Positions 1 to 24,808 of a stretch of 64,000 bases of DNA are shown here, piece by piece. How positions within the stretch are numbered: the first letter of the stretch is position 1; each line of letters begins with the position of its first letter. The notes beneath the pieces were generated by a model. The model ran no database searches. It saw nothing but the letters and a program-made list of their open reading frames with translations, and was not told where the DNA came from. The position numbers and the translations under genes are program-made. Location: assembly GCA_020137815.1 (NCBI GenBank), contig CM035351.1, positions 3,038,001 through 3,102,000 of the forward strand. Reading direction: 5' to 3'. Origin of the DNA: Hormiphora californensis. Its lineage: Eukaryota; Animalia; Ctenophora.

Positions 1-129
1 TGGTTACCAACCCCAGAGTTAACTAGTTGGTTAGTGGTTACCAACCCCAGAGTTAACTAGTTGGTTAGTGGTTACCAACCCCAGAGTTAACTAGTTGGTT
101 ACCAACCCCAGAGTTAACTACTTGGTTAC
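1..129. repeat. Intronic minisatellite (~27-35 bp unit, ggttaccaaccccagagttaactagtt) abutting an ACSL splice donor
   Basis: About four near-identical units visible directly. Confidence 0.9.
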
Positions 130-1576
130 CTGGACGGCCTCTTTTCCGAGGGTATCATAGAGTGGAACCAGTACCATACTGTAATGATTACACATCTGCA
201 TGGTACAATGCCATGCCGTGCTGTTCTGGGCGAATATTCCTATCATCGTGTTTTGACCTGGAGGGAAGAGAGTAGGGACTGAGAGAGGAGAGAGAGAGAG
301 AAAGGAGAGTAGGGAGGGAGAGAGAGGGAGTGAGTGCAAGTGATTGTAATCGCTAAATATAGTCTGGAACCTATAACTAGGTAATAATGCCTATTGGGCT
401 ATTGCCAGGGGTAAGATCAAAAGCTAGGACCGCCCCCTAACACCTCCTCCCTGTTCTTGCTTCTGCAGTTTTAAGAATGGAATTTCCGCCCACCCCGATT
501 ATGTTATTGAGAGAGGATCACGGGGTAGTAATCCTAAAAGGAAACAAAATACTCCTGACTTGGTTGGTGACAGTGTGACGACTGACTGTGTGACGGTGTG
601 AATGTGTATGTATGACTAACCTGGCATATTACTCTTTACAAAGAGTCCCGATCCCATTCGCTTCACTTTGGCTGAAACCTCTGTATAATCCAACCAAGAG
701 TAGGGAGCATCAGGGGCTGGCCGCTGTCCTAGGCACCTGGGAGAAGAGGGGAGGGATTATTTGATGGATGGGAGGGGGTTAGCACCAGGGTAACTAGGTT
801 AGCTGATGGAGAGGTACAAATGGTGGTTTATGATCGGATAGTTAATTATAAAGTTAGTTGAATATATGCAGTACTGCTGCAGCACCAATCACCATGGTCC
901 CTGCCTCAAAGTTATACGTGTACCCGTGGTACATCCTGGTACCCGTGGTACATCCTGGTGGCTGGTGCACCAGATGGGTACACCTATTACAAGGAAGGGA
1001 TACGGTTACATAGCCGTGTTCCTGATAAGAGCGGAATCAAATAACTTGCTTTGACGCAGGGACCTTCCTTATCGCAGCCAGCAGCTCCACTGCAGTACAC
1101 TCTACAACGGCAGCAAATACCACGGCCCACACCCTCTTCCCAATATTTTAAAATTTTCTTCTAAAGAAGTGCTATTTGTAGTTCACCGCACCCATAAAAT
1201 ATTTAACTGCTTCCAGTTACTGGGCATTCATAAATGCCCATAAATGTCCATAAAAAGTTGCCAGGCACTGACAGTAACATCTCGCACGCCGCTCGTAGCC
1301 CAGTGTGGAGTCTTAGACAAATTAAATGCACATTATGCTATCCATGTTCCCCAATGGTCGATAAAATCCTCTCTCACTGCGCCCAAATATTGTAAAGGAG
1401 GGTCAGAACATAACAAATAAAACCCCCTTACCGGTTGTTAGGTCCTATTTTGAGACCGAGCTGGAAGCACTCGTAGGCAGTTTTTATTTCCGCATACCGG
1501 GAAACATACTCCGGGGCTAGGTCCCCGATAATAGACGTCCTCTCACACGTCCGAGGGTCAACCTCTTTTGTGAGCA
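130..1576 (-). CDS. Long-chain acyl-CoA synthetase (ACSL1/5/6-like), intron-rich paralogue A; 5' part only, gene continues off the left edge
   Basis: GT-AG exons 1432-1576 (LTKEVDP..EIKTAYECFQLGLKIGPNN), 621-736 (CLGQRPAPDAPYSWLDYTEVSAKVKRMGSGL) and 130-257 (MIGIFAQNSTAW..YSMVLVPLYDTLGKEAVQ) splice in frame and match the ACSL N-terminal region. The start exon is unresolved. Confidence 0.85.
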
Positions 1577-2689
1577 CTGGGGAGAGAGAAGAGTGTGAAA
1601 TATGTTAGAAAATAGTGATTAGTAGAATCATGATATTGAAGAACCAGAATAGTTGTTGTTGTGAATAATGCGGCTAATCCAACTATGTACACGATAATAT
1701 CATGTCTAACTTGCTCGACCTTGTTATATAAAGGAGGGTATGTAACAAGTTTGATCACCTGGTGGCAGGGCACGGGTTGAGGGTAGTCCAAACTGACGGT
1801 ACATGACGTAAGATACTGCAAGGGCACTGGTTGTTATTGCTGCAGGTAACAGGTAGCTCTCGTCTATTTCTAACTGCTGCATCCTAGTACAGGTAGGGGA
1901 GGGCGGGTCAGATATCTCATATAATCAGTATTAGGAGAGGGCGCTGGGCGGGTCAGATATATCAGTCTTGGATTTCATAATGAGGTGGAGATCATCTCGT
2001 AGAGCGTTATATTTTGTAACATGCACTGTCAGCTGTACATTTCATTTTCTCACACACATGTACGTGTTTTTTCTTCCGCCCTTTATAACATGACAGTATG
2101 TATATTTTAGTTGTAGCGGAATTAGCATACGCGATACACAATCGGCCGGGGGGGGGGGGTGGTTCAATCAAAGACTTCAGACCTATGGTCAGTACATACT
2201 ACAATTATTGTTATCAATCATGTCTGTTCTCAGTTCAAGACATCAATCAGATGTGCCCTATTTATAGGATCTAGATGACACACTGTTTACTTTTTACAAT
2301 TTACAATTAGTACACACCGACAATGAGTTACAATTATCAAAAGAAAGACAGCTGGACACTACTAAAAAAGTAGCAATAGATCAGTCGCTTACACAATCAC
2401 ACACTGCACATGATACACAGTATTACACAGTATTATAAACAGTAGCAGCAGCAGCACGTGCAGGCTTACCAAGTACTGCCAGAAGTGTAGCTGCAGAAAA
2501 AGGAGTGTGTATGGGGTGAAACAAGGTTGGTTTACAGGGTGAAGCAAGGTAGGTTTACAATTTATAGAGTGAACAGTGTTGTCAGTTGGTACACAGCGAA
2601 CACAAACAGATAAGGAATTCACATACACAAGCAACCCGATACATCTGGGGGCATCGGGAGAAACCCAGTACCCACTGATAGAGTGGGGC

Positions 2690-2791
2690 CTACCGAAACA
2701 AGTAAACAACCAATCAGAATTCGTTATTTAGGTCACGTGACTGGTTATCAGCCAATCAGGGACCAGTATTTCCTTATTCGGTCGGTTCCTG
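2690..2791. mobile_element. ~109-bp MITE family copy 1 (left TIR partly lost)
   Basis: Near-identical to 20773-20881 and 41375-41479. Confidence 0.8.
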
Positions 2792-3778
2792 CTACCCTCT
2801 ACCTATCAACCTTTGCTATGGTACAATACACAAAGACAAGCAAAAACACAAAGGAACACCACTCATTTGACGCACAATGAGATACATATGAGTGTAGTAG
2901 AGGTATTATGCGAGAGACTAGGGGGTATCACACTTAGCAGCTGTACATCACCATAGCAGGTGTGATTTTTTACATCAATCATCCTCTTTTAGATTCCTTG
3001 AGTAACTAACTCTTTTTTCTCTGTTGTTCACTCCTTCTATCTCTGTCATTCACTCCTTCTATCTCTGTCATTCACTCGATCATACTCTTTGTCATTTACT
3101 ACCACTTGTCATTTACAGTTGTATTTATTGGGGGTTGCACAGCATGTAATACCTTGAGACGATGGCCTGTCGGACTGTTGTCGCAATGTTAGGGCTGTCC
3201 ATTGTTGTAGTAGAGTCAGTCAACTGAAGGAGGTGCTACACACACAAAACAGCAGCCAAGTGTCGGCTATATCGGGAGGGTGCTTTTTAAAACGGGAATG
3301 GAGAAGGAAGGGGGATTGAAGAGAGAGAAATGGAGGAGGATTGAATAGAGAGAAATGGAGGAGGATTGAATAGAGAGAAAGGGGAAAAAAGAAAGATTTG
3401 GTTTTGTGGAAAGATGGGAGGAGCAAATGCGAGACGAAAAGAATGGGAAAGGACCCGGAAACACGTAATGTGTGCGAAAGTGTAGAAAAGGAAATTGAAG
3501 CTTAGTGTCACCGAAAGCAAAAAGAGATGAGCAAAAGATCAACGTGGAGAGAGATAAAACGAAGGAAGTAAAAGAGGTAGGATTGTAGAGCATTATCGAT
3601 AGAATAATCATGATAATAATATGCACATAATAAATAAACGGCTCATTAGTGCTGTGTGGAATGGAACTATATTAGGAATTCATGATATTACAAAATCTAT
3701 ACAACAAATATCAATACACCCCTCAGTAACAATAACTGGTGCCCAATAACTCTTATTAATTATAAATTATGATTATAA

Positions 3779-5290
3779 TTAGTCATGTTTAATGGCAGGA
3801 TTAGACGGTTTAGCAGCGTTATCTCTCACCACCTCAGCCGCAGTTGACTTGCCTGCCCGTTTAGCAAGTGCCTTGGCGCCCAACTTCTGAGCCTGAGAGT
3901 ACGTTAAGCCAACATTGACCGCACTATGAGCTACATCCTCCGTTACCTGCCCCGCCGCCTCCCCATACCTAGCTCCTACTGTCACATTAGCCCCCTCGGC
4001 TAGAGCCCTTCCTAAATGTTTAGCACCCTCCTCTAGCCCATCATACAGAGTCGCCAGACCTGACAGTGCACTCGCCCCCACCTGGCAGGCATCCTTTATA
4101 TTCTGCTCAGAAATCCTTCCCTTAGCACTCGCAACAACTTTATTATCACCGCTCTTAGCAACGATACTTTTCACCCCATTACTGATATGTGGAGCTAGAA
4201 GTCGGGCAAGGGCCGATATTCCAGTAGCTAGTTGTCCCACTGCCTGTCCTGTTAGTACAGACACTTGATGGGTGCTCTCTCTTATTGTCCTGACCTGTTG
4301 CTGGGTGTTTTCACTGATCTGTACCTCACCCTTGGAGCTGGGTTTGATGTGAGTTTTTAGAGAGTTAGCACCCTTCTTCAGCAGCTCCCCACCCTTCTTA
4401 GAACCCCAAACGAGGCCAGCAGAGACAACCTCTGCTGTAGTCTGAATCCCACCCGATACCTTGTCAACTGTCCGCGGGGCTGGGGCATCTGGTCTCAGGT
4501 ACCGTGGGGGTGGGGGTCTGGGTGGTGGAGCAAAGGCACCACTAGTGGAGGGTAGTTGATCACCACTATCATCAATCACATCATCCCAGGTTTTAACGTG
4601 TAGATTAGTTAGGGACATGATGAGTCTTTGGAACTGATCGATCTGTTCATCCGGAACGTTCTCTAATAGCACCCCAATGTACTTGTTAGCTTGGTCTAGA
4701 GAGGGGAACATGAACTGTCTATCTCCCACCTGGAGGACTGGTGAGGCTTTAGATACAAGAGGGTAGACCATCTCACCGATCTGAAGACAGGATACGGGGT
4801 TGCGGTGTTGGGAGGAGATGATGTGACTAATTTTAGCGGGCGCATCTTTGGTAACCATGGAGACTCCCCCGACACTCCCACCTACATCGAACACGCTAAC
4901 ACCGGAGGGGATATTAATAACCTCCTTTGCTTCTTGAGATCCACTAAGTATACTGTGAATATCATCCATATCACTCAACAAACCCTCCAACCCGTCCTCC
5001 TCCTCTTCCTGTTTTATCTCTGATTCAGGGCCGACCTCCTCCAGCGCTCTGATCCTCTCCTTCGCCATGTTTAACATGAAATTAGCCTTCCTAGTCTCCT
5101 CTACAGTCTCCCCACACCTCATACTAATAGCTCGGGTCAGTTGACTGCAGCCCTCATAATACAGCTGCCGTGCCTCCTCCACCCGACCCTCAGCATCCGC
5201 GGTTTGGGCATCAAACACGGCTTTGTATCCGTTTCTCAGTTTAGTTCGGACTCTATCTGGAGTGGTGTAACGTTGCTGCTGCTGCTCCAT
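3779..5290 (-). CDS. SPART: Spartin (MIT domain, PPxY motif, senescence domain); CDS has no introns
   Basis: 503-aa ORF with an N-terminal MIT-like helical bundle (A..AD..G..EEA..LY..G), a central LQIGEMVYPL..SPVL..FMFP segment, PPPPRY (PPxY), and a C-terminal senescence domain (LYDGLEEGAK..TVGARYGEAAGQVT..SAVNVG). Confidence 0.9.
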   Translation of the reverse strand: MEQQQQRYTTPDRVRTKLRNGYKAVFDAQTADAEGRVEEARQLYYEGCSQLTRAISMRCGETVEETRKANFMLNMAKERIRALEEVGPESEIKQEEEEDGLEGLLSDMDDIHSILSGSQEAKEVINIPSGVSVFDVGGSVGGVSMVTKDAPAKISHIISSQHRNPVSCLQIGEMVYPLVSKASPVLQVGDRQFMFPSLDQANKYIGVLLENVPDEQIDQFQRLIMSLTNLHVKTWDDVIDDSGDQLPSTSGAFAPPPRPPPPRYLRPDAPAPRTVDKVSGGIQTTAEVVSAGLVWGSKKGGELLKKGANSLKTHIKPSSKGEVQISENTQQQVRTIRESTHQVSVLTGQAVGQLATGISALARLLAPHISNGVKSIVAKSGDNKVVASAKGRISEQNIKDACQVGASALSGLATLYDGLEEGAKHLGRALAEGANVTVGARYGEAAGQVTEDVAHSAVNVGLTYSQAQKLGAKALAKRAGKSTAAEVVRDNAAKPSNPAIKHD

Positions 5291-6122
5291 AGTGTTCTAG
5301 TGCTAATATAAGAGTGCTGGTAGGAAGGGTAGTAGCTGTGAGTACTTACAACACCAGGGAGGATCTGTTTATCTGGGATATCTGTCTCTCAGGGGGTATC
5401 ACTAGTTCATGAAGGGATTCTAAAAGAGGGGGAGGGAGGTATGTCATTAGCAGCGGTGTCAGCTGCAGATCACGCACTCAGTCTCACACATACAGCATAT
5501 ATTGCATACTCAGTACTCACACGCACACCACATACAGTATTACTGGGTCACGTCTTGTTAAAACAATGAAACACGCTCGAATGTGTTGGCTTGAATAATA
5601 ATCACGCATCCACCATGTGGTGACAATTATGTGTGGGTTTATACACAATGAATTATTTAAAATTCCCCAACATTTTTACCCAAAATCGAGTTAATAAGAA
5701 ACAATTTCGTTATTTTCATACTGATAAATCGAATAATTTAAAACACACATAAAAAACACACACGTACAACCGTGGGACTGATATAATATCACAAACAAAA
5801 ACAATCCTCAAACACATCAACTTCTAAATTACCTTTCCCGTTTATCTGACTATATCTGAACTCTGAAAAGTTGATCTCACCACCCGGGTGGTATGAGGTT
5901 TGCTCAGCGTGTGGCTAAGTGACCCCAAAAAAAAAAAAAGAAAGTTGATCTCACCTCGATATATTGGACAGTAAAGTAGTCCCAAGTAAGTGGACCAAAA
6001 ATATAAATACCCAGCCCTTCAAAACCCTTTCCTCGCCTTGTATTATTCGACCCTCGCCGCGCCCCGCAAAGGGTTAGAACATAAAAACCCTTAAACATCC
6101 CGATATATCTAGAGTTTAGTCA

Positions 6123-8544
6123 TTATGCCTGGTTGCTAAGCATTGTACTCAGTACATCCCTGTACACCGTTGCTATGGCATCCCTTCTCTTCTTCATGGT
6201 AGGGGTCATCAAACTATTCTCCACTGTAAAGGCCTCCTCAACCAAAGTAACATGTCGAACATGCTCGAAACTCTTCAATTCCTTCTGTCCAATCGTCTGC
6301 ATGTTCTGCAGGACCAGACCGGCGCTATCAGGCTTAGCAATGAACTCGGCTACTGTGACTGGAGGGGTCATGGCAGCCAGGGCAGCCTCATCAGGCACCA
6401 CCACACCCACCAGACATGACTTGAGGGACTCACCATACACAAAACATTGGGCTACAATAGGGGCACGCTCGTATATCGATTCGATCTTATCTGGTGCTAT
6501 GTACTCTCCCTGTGCGAGTTTAAAGACATTCTTCTTACGATCAATGATGGCCACACACCCATGCTTAGTCCATTTCCCGATATCACCAGTGTGCAACCAT
6601 CCCTCCTCGTCAATCGTGTCAGCAGTCATCTTGGGTTCCTTGTAGTAGCCCTTGCAGACAGTGGGTCCCCTGAAACAGATCTCACCCCTGTTATTGGCAG
6701 CTAGATACTCCTTCTCAGGTACATCAGCCAACTTGACCTCCAAACAGGGCAGTGGGATGCCAATGTGACCGATGGAGTGGTCTCCCTGGAGTGACATGGT
6801 TCCCACTCCACTCATCTCCGTCTGTCCGAATCCCTCCATCACAAAGCATCCCAGGGCGGCCCGGTACCACTGGAGAATATCCCCCCGACAGGGTGCAGAG
6901 CCTGTTATCAGCAATCTCACCTTACCACCAAAAGATTTCTGGACTTTCTTGAACAGAAGGTAGTCCCAGAAGGAGTTCTGTCGGTAGATCCCGGCCTCCA
7001 CCTCCTCCAGCTTAGAAGCAATACCAATCTCATAGAGCTTGCTAATAAGTGGCTTCTTCTTTACAACCCCGATAATCCTATCATAAGCCTTGTTGAGGAC
7101 CCTGGGAACAGAGGGGAGGACGGTGGGTTGAAGGGTCTCAAAATCATTCAGCAGCAACCTCAGATCACCCTGGTAGTAGCCTATCCGGGCACCTAGGTAG
7201 GTGAAGAAGCACTCCACTGCAAACTGATACACATGTGCCAGGGGCAGGTAGGAGATCAGACAATCGTTGTGGTCTAGGACGAAGTTGTGCAAGTTGGCTT
7301 TCAGTCCCACAGAAACAGCTGCGATGTTTCCATGGGAGATGACAGCTCCTTTTGGTGTCCCCGTAGTACCACTGGTGTAACAGATAAGGGCCGTGTTCTC
7401 GGGTTTTGGGGGTCGTGGTGGTGTCATATTCTCCGCTCCAGATACCTCGAACTCCTCCAGACTGACCACTTCAATGCCCAAACTGGCCGCCTTTTCAATG
7501 CATTCACTGGACAGCTCCCCTATACAGACGATGAGACTGAGAGTGGTATCTTTACACCACTTCAGGATATTATAGACGAGAGGGGTGTCAGCGAATACTA
7601 CCCTCAACTCACACGTCTGGAGAATGTGAGACATTGCCTTGGGGCCCAGGGTGTCGTAAAGAGGGACCACGGTGAGGCTGTACCCACTACATGCATGCAT
7701 GATGACACCCCAGTCGGGGCTATTTTTAGCGTAGATCCCCACTAATTCTCCCTCGTTAAATCCTCTGTTCACCAGAGCACTACCCACTTTAGTGAGACGC
7801 TCATACACCTGTAACAAATGGGGCTGTGTTAGGAAGTGAGTGTGGAACTGTGTTAGGGAGTGGAAAGGGGTTAGGGGCTGTGTTAGGGAGTGAGAGTGGA
7901 GAGGGGTGTGGGACAGTATTAGGGAGTGTGGACTGTGCTAGGGACTGTGGAACTGTGTTAGGGACTGTGGAGGATGGGAGGAGAGTGAGCAATGGGCAGG
8001 GGTAGTGACGGATTATTTAAAGAGATGAGGCGGCTAGGGACCCAGAGTGTGAAATATAGCGAAGAGAATAAAGGCATTCCCCTTTGAATTGGATTTATGT
8101 TGTATGTGATGGGATTATGAGAATAATCATGATTATCCACAAGGAAGAGAGTTAGGGGTGGCGCATTTATGTGACATTTTCTGTGTCTTTTTAGCAACCA
8201 GACACTGCAGGAACCCGGCTGCACATAACACTGAGATTAGGTTAGTAACTCTATACCTCATCATATGACATCCATTTGTAGGGTGCCCCAGGAAGGGTCA
8301 GCTGCCTCGCTCCAAACAATGGTGCACTAGGGTCCATGGTGTGGCCCCGTTTAAAGGCCTCGAACAGGGTCGTCACAACTGGCACGTGGGAGTCCGGGAG
8401 GATGCTCCGTCTGTGGGTTTCGCTGGTGAGCGCCCGGGTGAGGATCTTCCCGGGAAGGGGGTGAGGGGCTGGTTTCCTGGTGATAACCATGACAACCAGA
8501 AACACCAGGAATAGGGCACTACCCACACACAGCCCGAGAATCAT
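6123..8544 (-). CDS. Long-chain acyl-CoA synthetase (ACSL1/5/6-like), intron-poor paralogue B; exons 8257-8544 and 6123-7808
   Basis: N-terminal TM helix; AMP-binding ICYTSGTTGTPKG, ISYLPLAH, EGFGQTE, GWLHTGDIG, IIDRKKNVFKLAQGEYIAP and LMTPTMK motifs; one GT-AG intron in the CDS. Confidence 0.95.
7812..7975. repeat. Intronic G-rich minisatellite (ctgtgttagggagtg-like)
   Basis: Degenerate tandem units next to the ACSL-B acceptor. Confidence 0.7.
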
Positions 8545-9197
8545 GGTGCCCTGCGGAGGAGGGAGATGGGTTAGCGATCCCGTTATATACATATTGGTGT
8601 TGTTGGATATATCACGGAGTAGGAAAACACGGTTCTTAATATAATTTTTAAACTTAAAATTGGGGTGGTATAGCATGTATTTAAATAACAATAGCTAAAC
8701 AAAAACATTAAAATTTCCAGTGCTTTTTACACACACACGCAGACACACGGAGACACACACGGAACTTAAAAACGTACAAAATGTTATTGCACTTGATTTC
8801 CAAGAAGGTAGTTGCAACTTGGATCTCAATTTTTGTTCCTCTTTCTCCCCCCCCCCCCCTAATATATCTGATCTTTCAACTCAACCTCCAACCCCTCTTT
8901 TTCCCTTTCTCTCAAATTTTCATTACTGCTACCTTCTTGTGTTCTGAAAAACTGCATTAAGTCCTAACTCTATTTTTCTGTTGTCGTCGTGCCAAGGGCC
9001 AAAAGAGCCACTTGGAACACATATTCTTTTGAAACATACATACATCTTCGAAAACCAAATATTAAATGTAACATATCAATTTCACCATCAAATATCATTA
9101 CCTTAGTTCTAGTTATGGGCTATAAGTAATATTTAAGTGTCAGTGCATTAATAATTCCTATACCAAATGTTGTTAGGTTACTACGGCAAATATATTA

Positions 9198-9354
9198 CAG
9201 TCGGACCCCGGTTTACCGGAACCCCGATTTACCGGGAGCATAATCTTCCCCCGGAATAGGATATTAACAGTATTTGACCCCGATATACCGGGCACCCCGA
9301 TTTACCGGGCAAAACCCTTTCCCCCGAGCATCCCGGTAAATCGGGGTCCGACTG
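9198..9354. mobile_element. Tc1/mariner-type MITE
   Basis: TIR cagtcggacccc..tttaccgg / ccggtaaatcggggtccgactg, flanked by TA on both sides; a partial related end lies at ~15609. Confidence 0.85.
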
Positions 9355-9580
9355 TATTTCAAAACGCTCAAATTCGAAACTCCAATATAAAGCGCCTTGA
9401 GAGATATATTAACTATGGGATAATCTGTATCGGTGCTTCAATTAACCACACCTAACAGATGCTACGATTTCAGGACTGTATTTTGTAGCGAATATTACTA
9501 CAAAAGGCAGTCCTAATACAGTCTGCAGTACCCATGAATTGGGTGCTACAGATTGACTATTTTCCTAGAGATATTTAAGG

Positions 9581-10024
9581 TCACACTGTAGTGATATTCC
9601 TGATAGCTTTGTTCCTTCGGCAGTATGCAAACGCATGCTTGATCAAATTTTTAATCGTTCCAATGTTCACCATAGAGACTGCCTCTTTTTGGGAGGTCCA
9701 AACGTAAGCAGTGTGTTCTGATGACAAATTGATTTTTGCGTTAGAGTCCGATAATCGTCCGAGGAAGAAAGCGACTGTTTTGTTTCGGTTTGACCGACTT
9801 CTGTAAGCTACCATTTCACGAAATCCATCAACAAGTTCGAATTGATCCATAGTTAGACCTGTTTCCTCGAAAATCTCCCGAAGAGCAGCATCCAAGCAAC
9901 GTTCCGACTGGTTTAAGTGGCCCTTGGGTGGCCCCCAGACTCGTCCCTCTGCAGATCGTAGGAGTAGTACTTCCGGCGACGTGGAAGCGTTGCGCATCAA
10001 TAAAATTCCTGCTGAGACTGGCAT
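9581..10024 (-). CDS. NUDT2: Nudix hydrolase, bis(5'-nucleosyl)-tetraphosphatase (Ap4A hydrolase)-like
   Basis: 147 aa; SAGILL..LLLRS..WGPPKGH..E..LDAALREIFEETGL Nudix box, then KTVAFFL and INLSSEHTAYVW as in NUDT2. Confidence 0.8.
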   Translation of the reverse strand: MPVSAGILLMRNASTSPEVLLLRSAEGRVWGPPKGHLNQSERCLDAALREIFEETGLTMDQFELVDGFREMVAYRSRSNRNKTVAFFLGRLSDSNAKINLSSEHTAYVWTSQKEAVSMVNIGTIKNLIKHAFAYCRRNKAIRNITTV

Positions 10025-10599
10025 AAAGAAACCTACAACAAATAATCTAATTACAAATAGACATGAAAAAGTAAAAGAACATGGCGGCTCGAAACTTGGC
10101 CCGAACGCGCTTATAAAAGCGGTCTCTACTCTCTAGCGGGGACCGGGCTGCCTGGGGACACTTTTTAAGAACAACAAAGGGTTTACCGCCAAGTTATCGA
10201 AAATATAGAAGTCAAGGGATGAAGTGTAAACAATTTTGTCATCAGAGAGGAAAGAATTTGAGGGACTTCAGAGAGATTTGCCGACCGCCTTTACCGCGTT
10301 TTTGTGTAACTTAAAAAACGCCGGACTTGGTTTTCAAAAAAGGAAACAAAATTAGAAACTGAAAAACAAAATAAGGAATAAATTATAATAAATTACCCAC
10401 ACACCGTCATACTCTCATACTCCCTCTCTCTGCTCACTTGTCTCGAAAGTCTACATCTTCCACACTGACTGGGACAACCCTTCTCTTGGTTCCCCGAAGC
10501 GCAACAAGAGTTTTCAAAAAATGCCTCATGTGCAGTGCAGATTTTCCTTTTTCTCCGCGCCGACTTGCGTTTTTAATGTAACACGCGAAAGAAATATAA

Positions 10600-11355
10600 A
10601 ATTCAATGAAATTGGCGCCGCGCACCACAAAAAATCCAAATTCAAAAATAAAGTTGGGGGCAGCGTTAAAAAAAGGTTAAAATCTGGGTGTTTCGGGGCG
10701 CGATTATAATCTGGGTGCCTTGCAGCGTGTTTACAGGTGCGCGCTGCCAAAAGAGTATACTTAGACCGACTTTTTTCAAACGGCTATAGCCACGCAACCA
10801 CATGGCCAATTTGAGTAAACTAAACGGTAACTGATAGAGAATCGATAGCCCTAACCGAAAACCCCAAACCAAACCCTAACCAGACCCTAAAGGATAGCCC
10901 TAACCCGTCGCGCGCGCTAAAACTACGAATTGTTAGCAATGAAAGGCACCCAGATTTTAACGTTTTCCGGTGTTTCGTGAGTGCTGACAAACGGTTTTTA
11001 GGGTTCGGGCTAAAGTAGGGTTAGGGTTAGGGTTGGGGTTAGGCCTTAACATTACCTACCAGACAAACTTTGAATTAGCCAAAACGGTTGAGTGGTTTGG
11101 CGGTTAGAGCCATTTTAGTGAATCAAATTTTTTGGAAGCGTGCACCTGTAAACGGGCCACCAAACACCCAGATCGTAACAGCGTCCGGGGAGGGGGAGTA
11201 TACTCCATTTTTTTTCAACTGTTCACCCCCCAAAGTCGTGCGCAGAATTGTTTTGCGCGTTTATCACATGTTAACGTGTAGCGCGCGCCACCCAAATTCT
11301 AATTTTTTATCAAATTTCAGTTTTTGGGTGAACAGTTGAAAAAAAATGGACTTTA
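10600..11355. mobile_element. Degenerate inverted-repeat element with CCCTAA/TTAGGG-like internal motifs, plus a MITE-B copy (~11203-11355)
   Basis: ~10690-10900 is an imperfect reverse complement of ~10945-11180; similar sequence recurs at ~60780-61075 and 60404-60555. Confidence 0.6.
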
Positions 11356-11556
11356 GGAAACCATGGAAGAATTTGTAAAATCAACATTGCATAGAGCTAT
11401 TAACTATTTGACAATTATTTTATAAATTATCGGTGATTTCATATTGGAAAGTTGGAAATGTTAATCCGGAAGTCTCAAGTCAATTTCAAATTTCAGCCAC
11501 TGGCCACTCTCATTGATAATTCTTAATGTTTTTAGAAACATGTGATCGTGTACAAG

Positions 11557-24080
<12,524 letters not shown>

Positions 24081-24282
24081 CCTCACAACTTGTGCCTGTT
24101 TTAGATGATTAAGTTTCTGGACAACTGAGACAGTGAAGTTTTTGGAGGGAAATTACAAGACAGTTTCGTTGGTCATCGACATGGACAAAATGGACAACAA
24201 TTATACACCTCGCAACTTTAATTGTACCATCTGCTTTTTAATAGCAGCTTAACAGTTAAAGTTGTAACATGGCGAGACACTA

Positions 24283-24550
24283 GACCGAGACCGAGACCGA
24301 GACCGAGACAGAGACCGAGACAGAGAACAGACAGAGACAGAGACAGAGACAGAGACAGAGACAGAGACAGAGACAGAGACAGAGACAGAGACAGAGACAG
24401 AGACAGAGACAGAGACACAGAGAGACGACAGAGAGACAGAGAGACAGAGACAGAGAGATTGAGAGACAGAGACAGAGACAGAGACAGAGACAGAGACAGA
24501 GACAGAGACAGAGACAGAGACAGAGACAGAGACAGAGACAGAGACAGAGA
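24283..24550. repeat. (GAGACA)n / (GAGACC)n microsatellite
   Basis: Direct inspection. Confidence 0.95.
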
Positions 24551-24808
24551 TAGGGATTATGAGTGTGAAGTGTTTTATATCGATTGGGTTTTGAAAATAT
24601 CGTTTGTGTGTTGTTTTTATTTCAAATTGGTTTCATATTTTGATTTTTATTCTTCTGGGCGCCGACTTGGAGTCGATTTCTAAGCTAAGCCCAGTTGTAA
24701 TTCATATTTTCTACAGTTTTCTTTTACTATGCTCTTTTTCTGCATAAAGTTAGTCTGATTTGTTTAGAACAGCAAGTAACACTCCGTATTATTTTAACCC
24801 TACCAACG

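Noticed and set aside
6133-7745. Antisense ORFs over ACSL-B and other genes
   Set aside because: Shadow ORFs of real coding sequence, with no independent signals.
11015-11045. Telomeric TTAGGG repeats (also ~60862-60920)
   Set aside because: Only a few degenerate units, embedded in an interspersed repeat.
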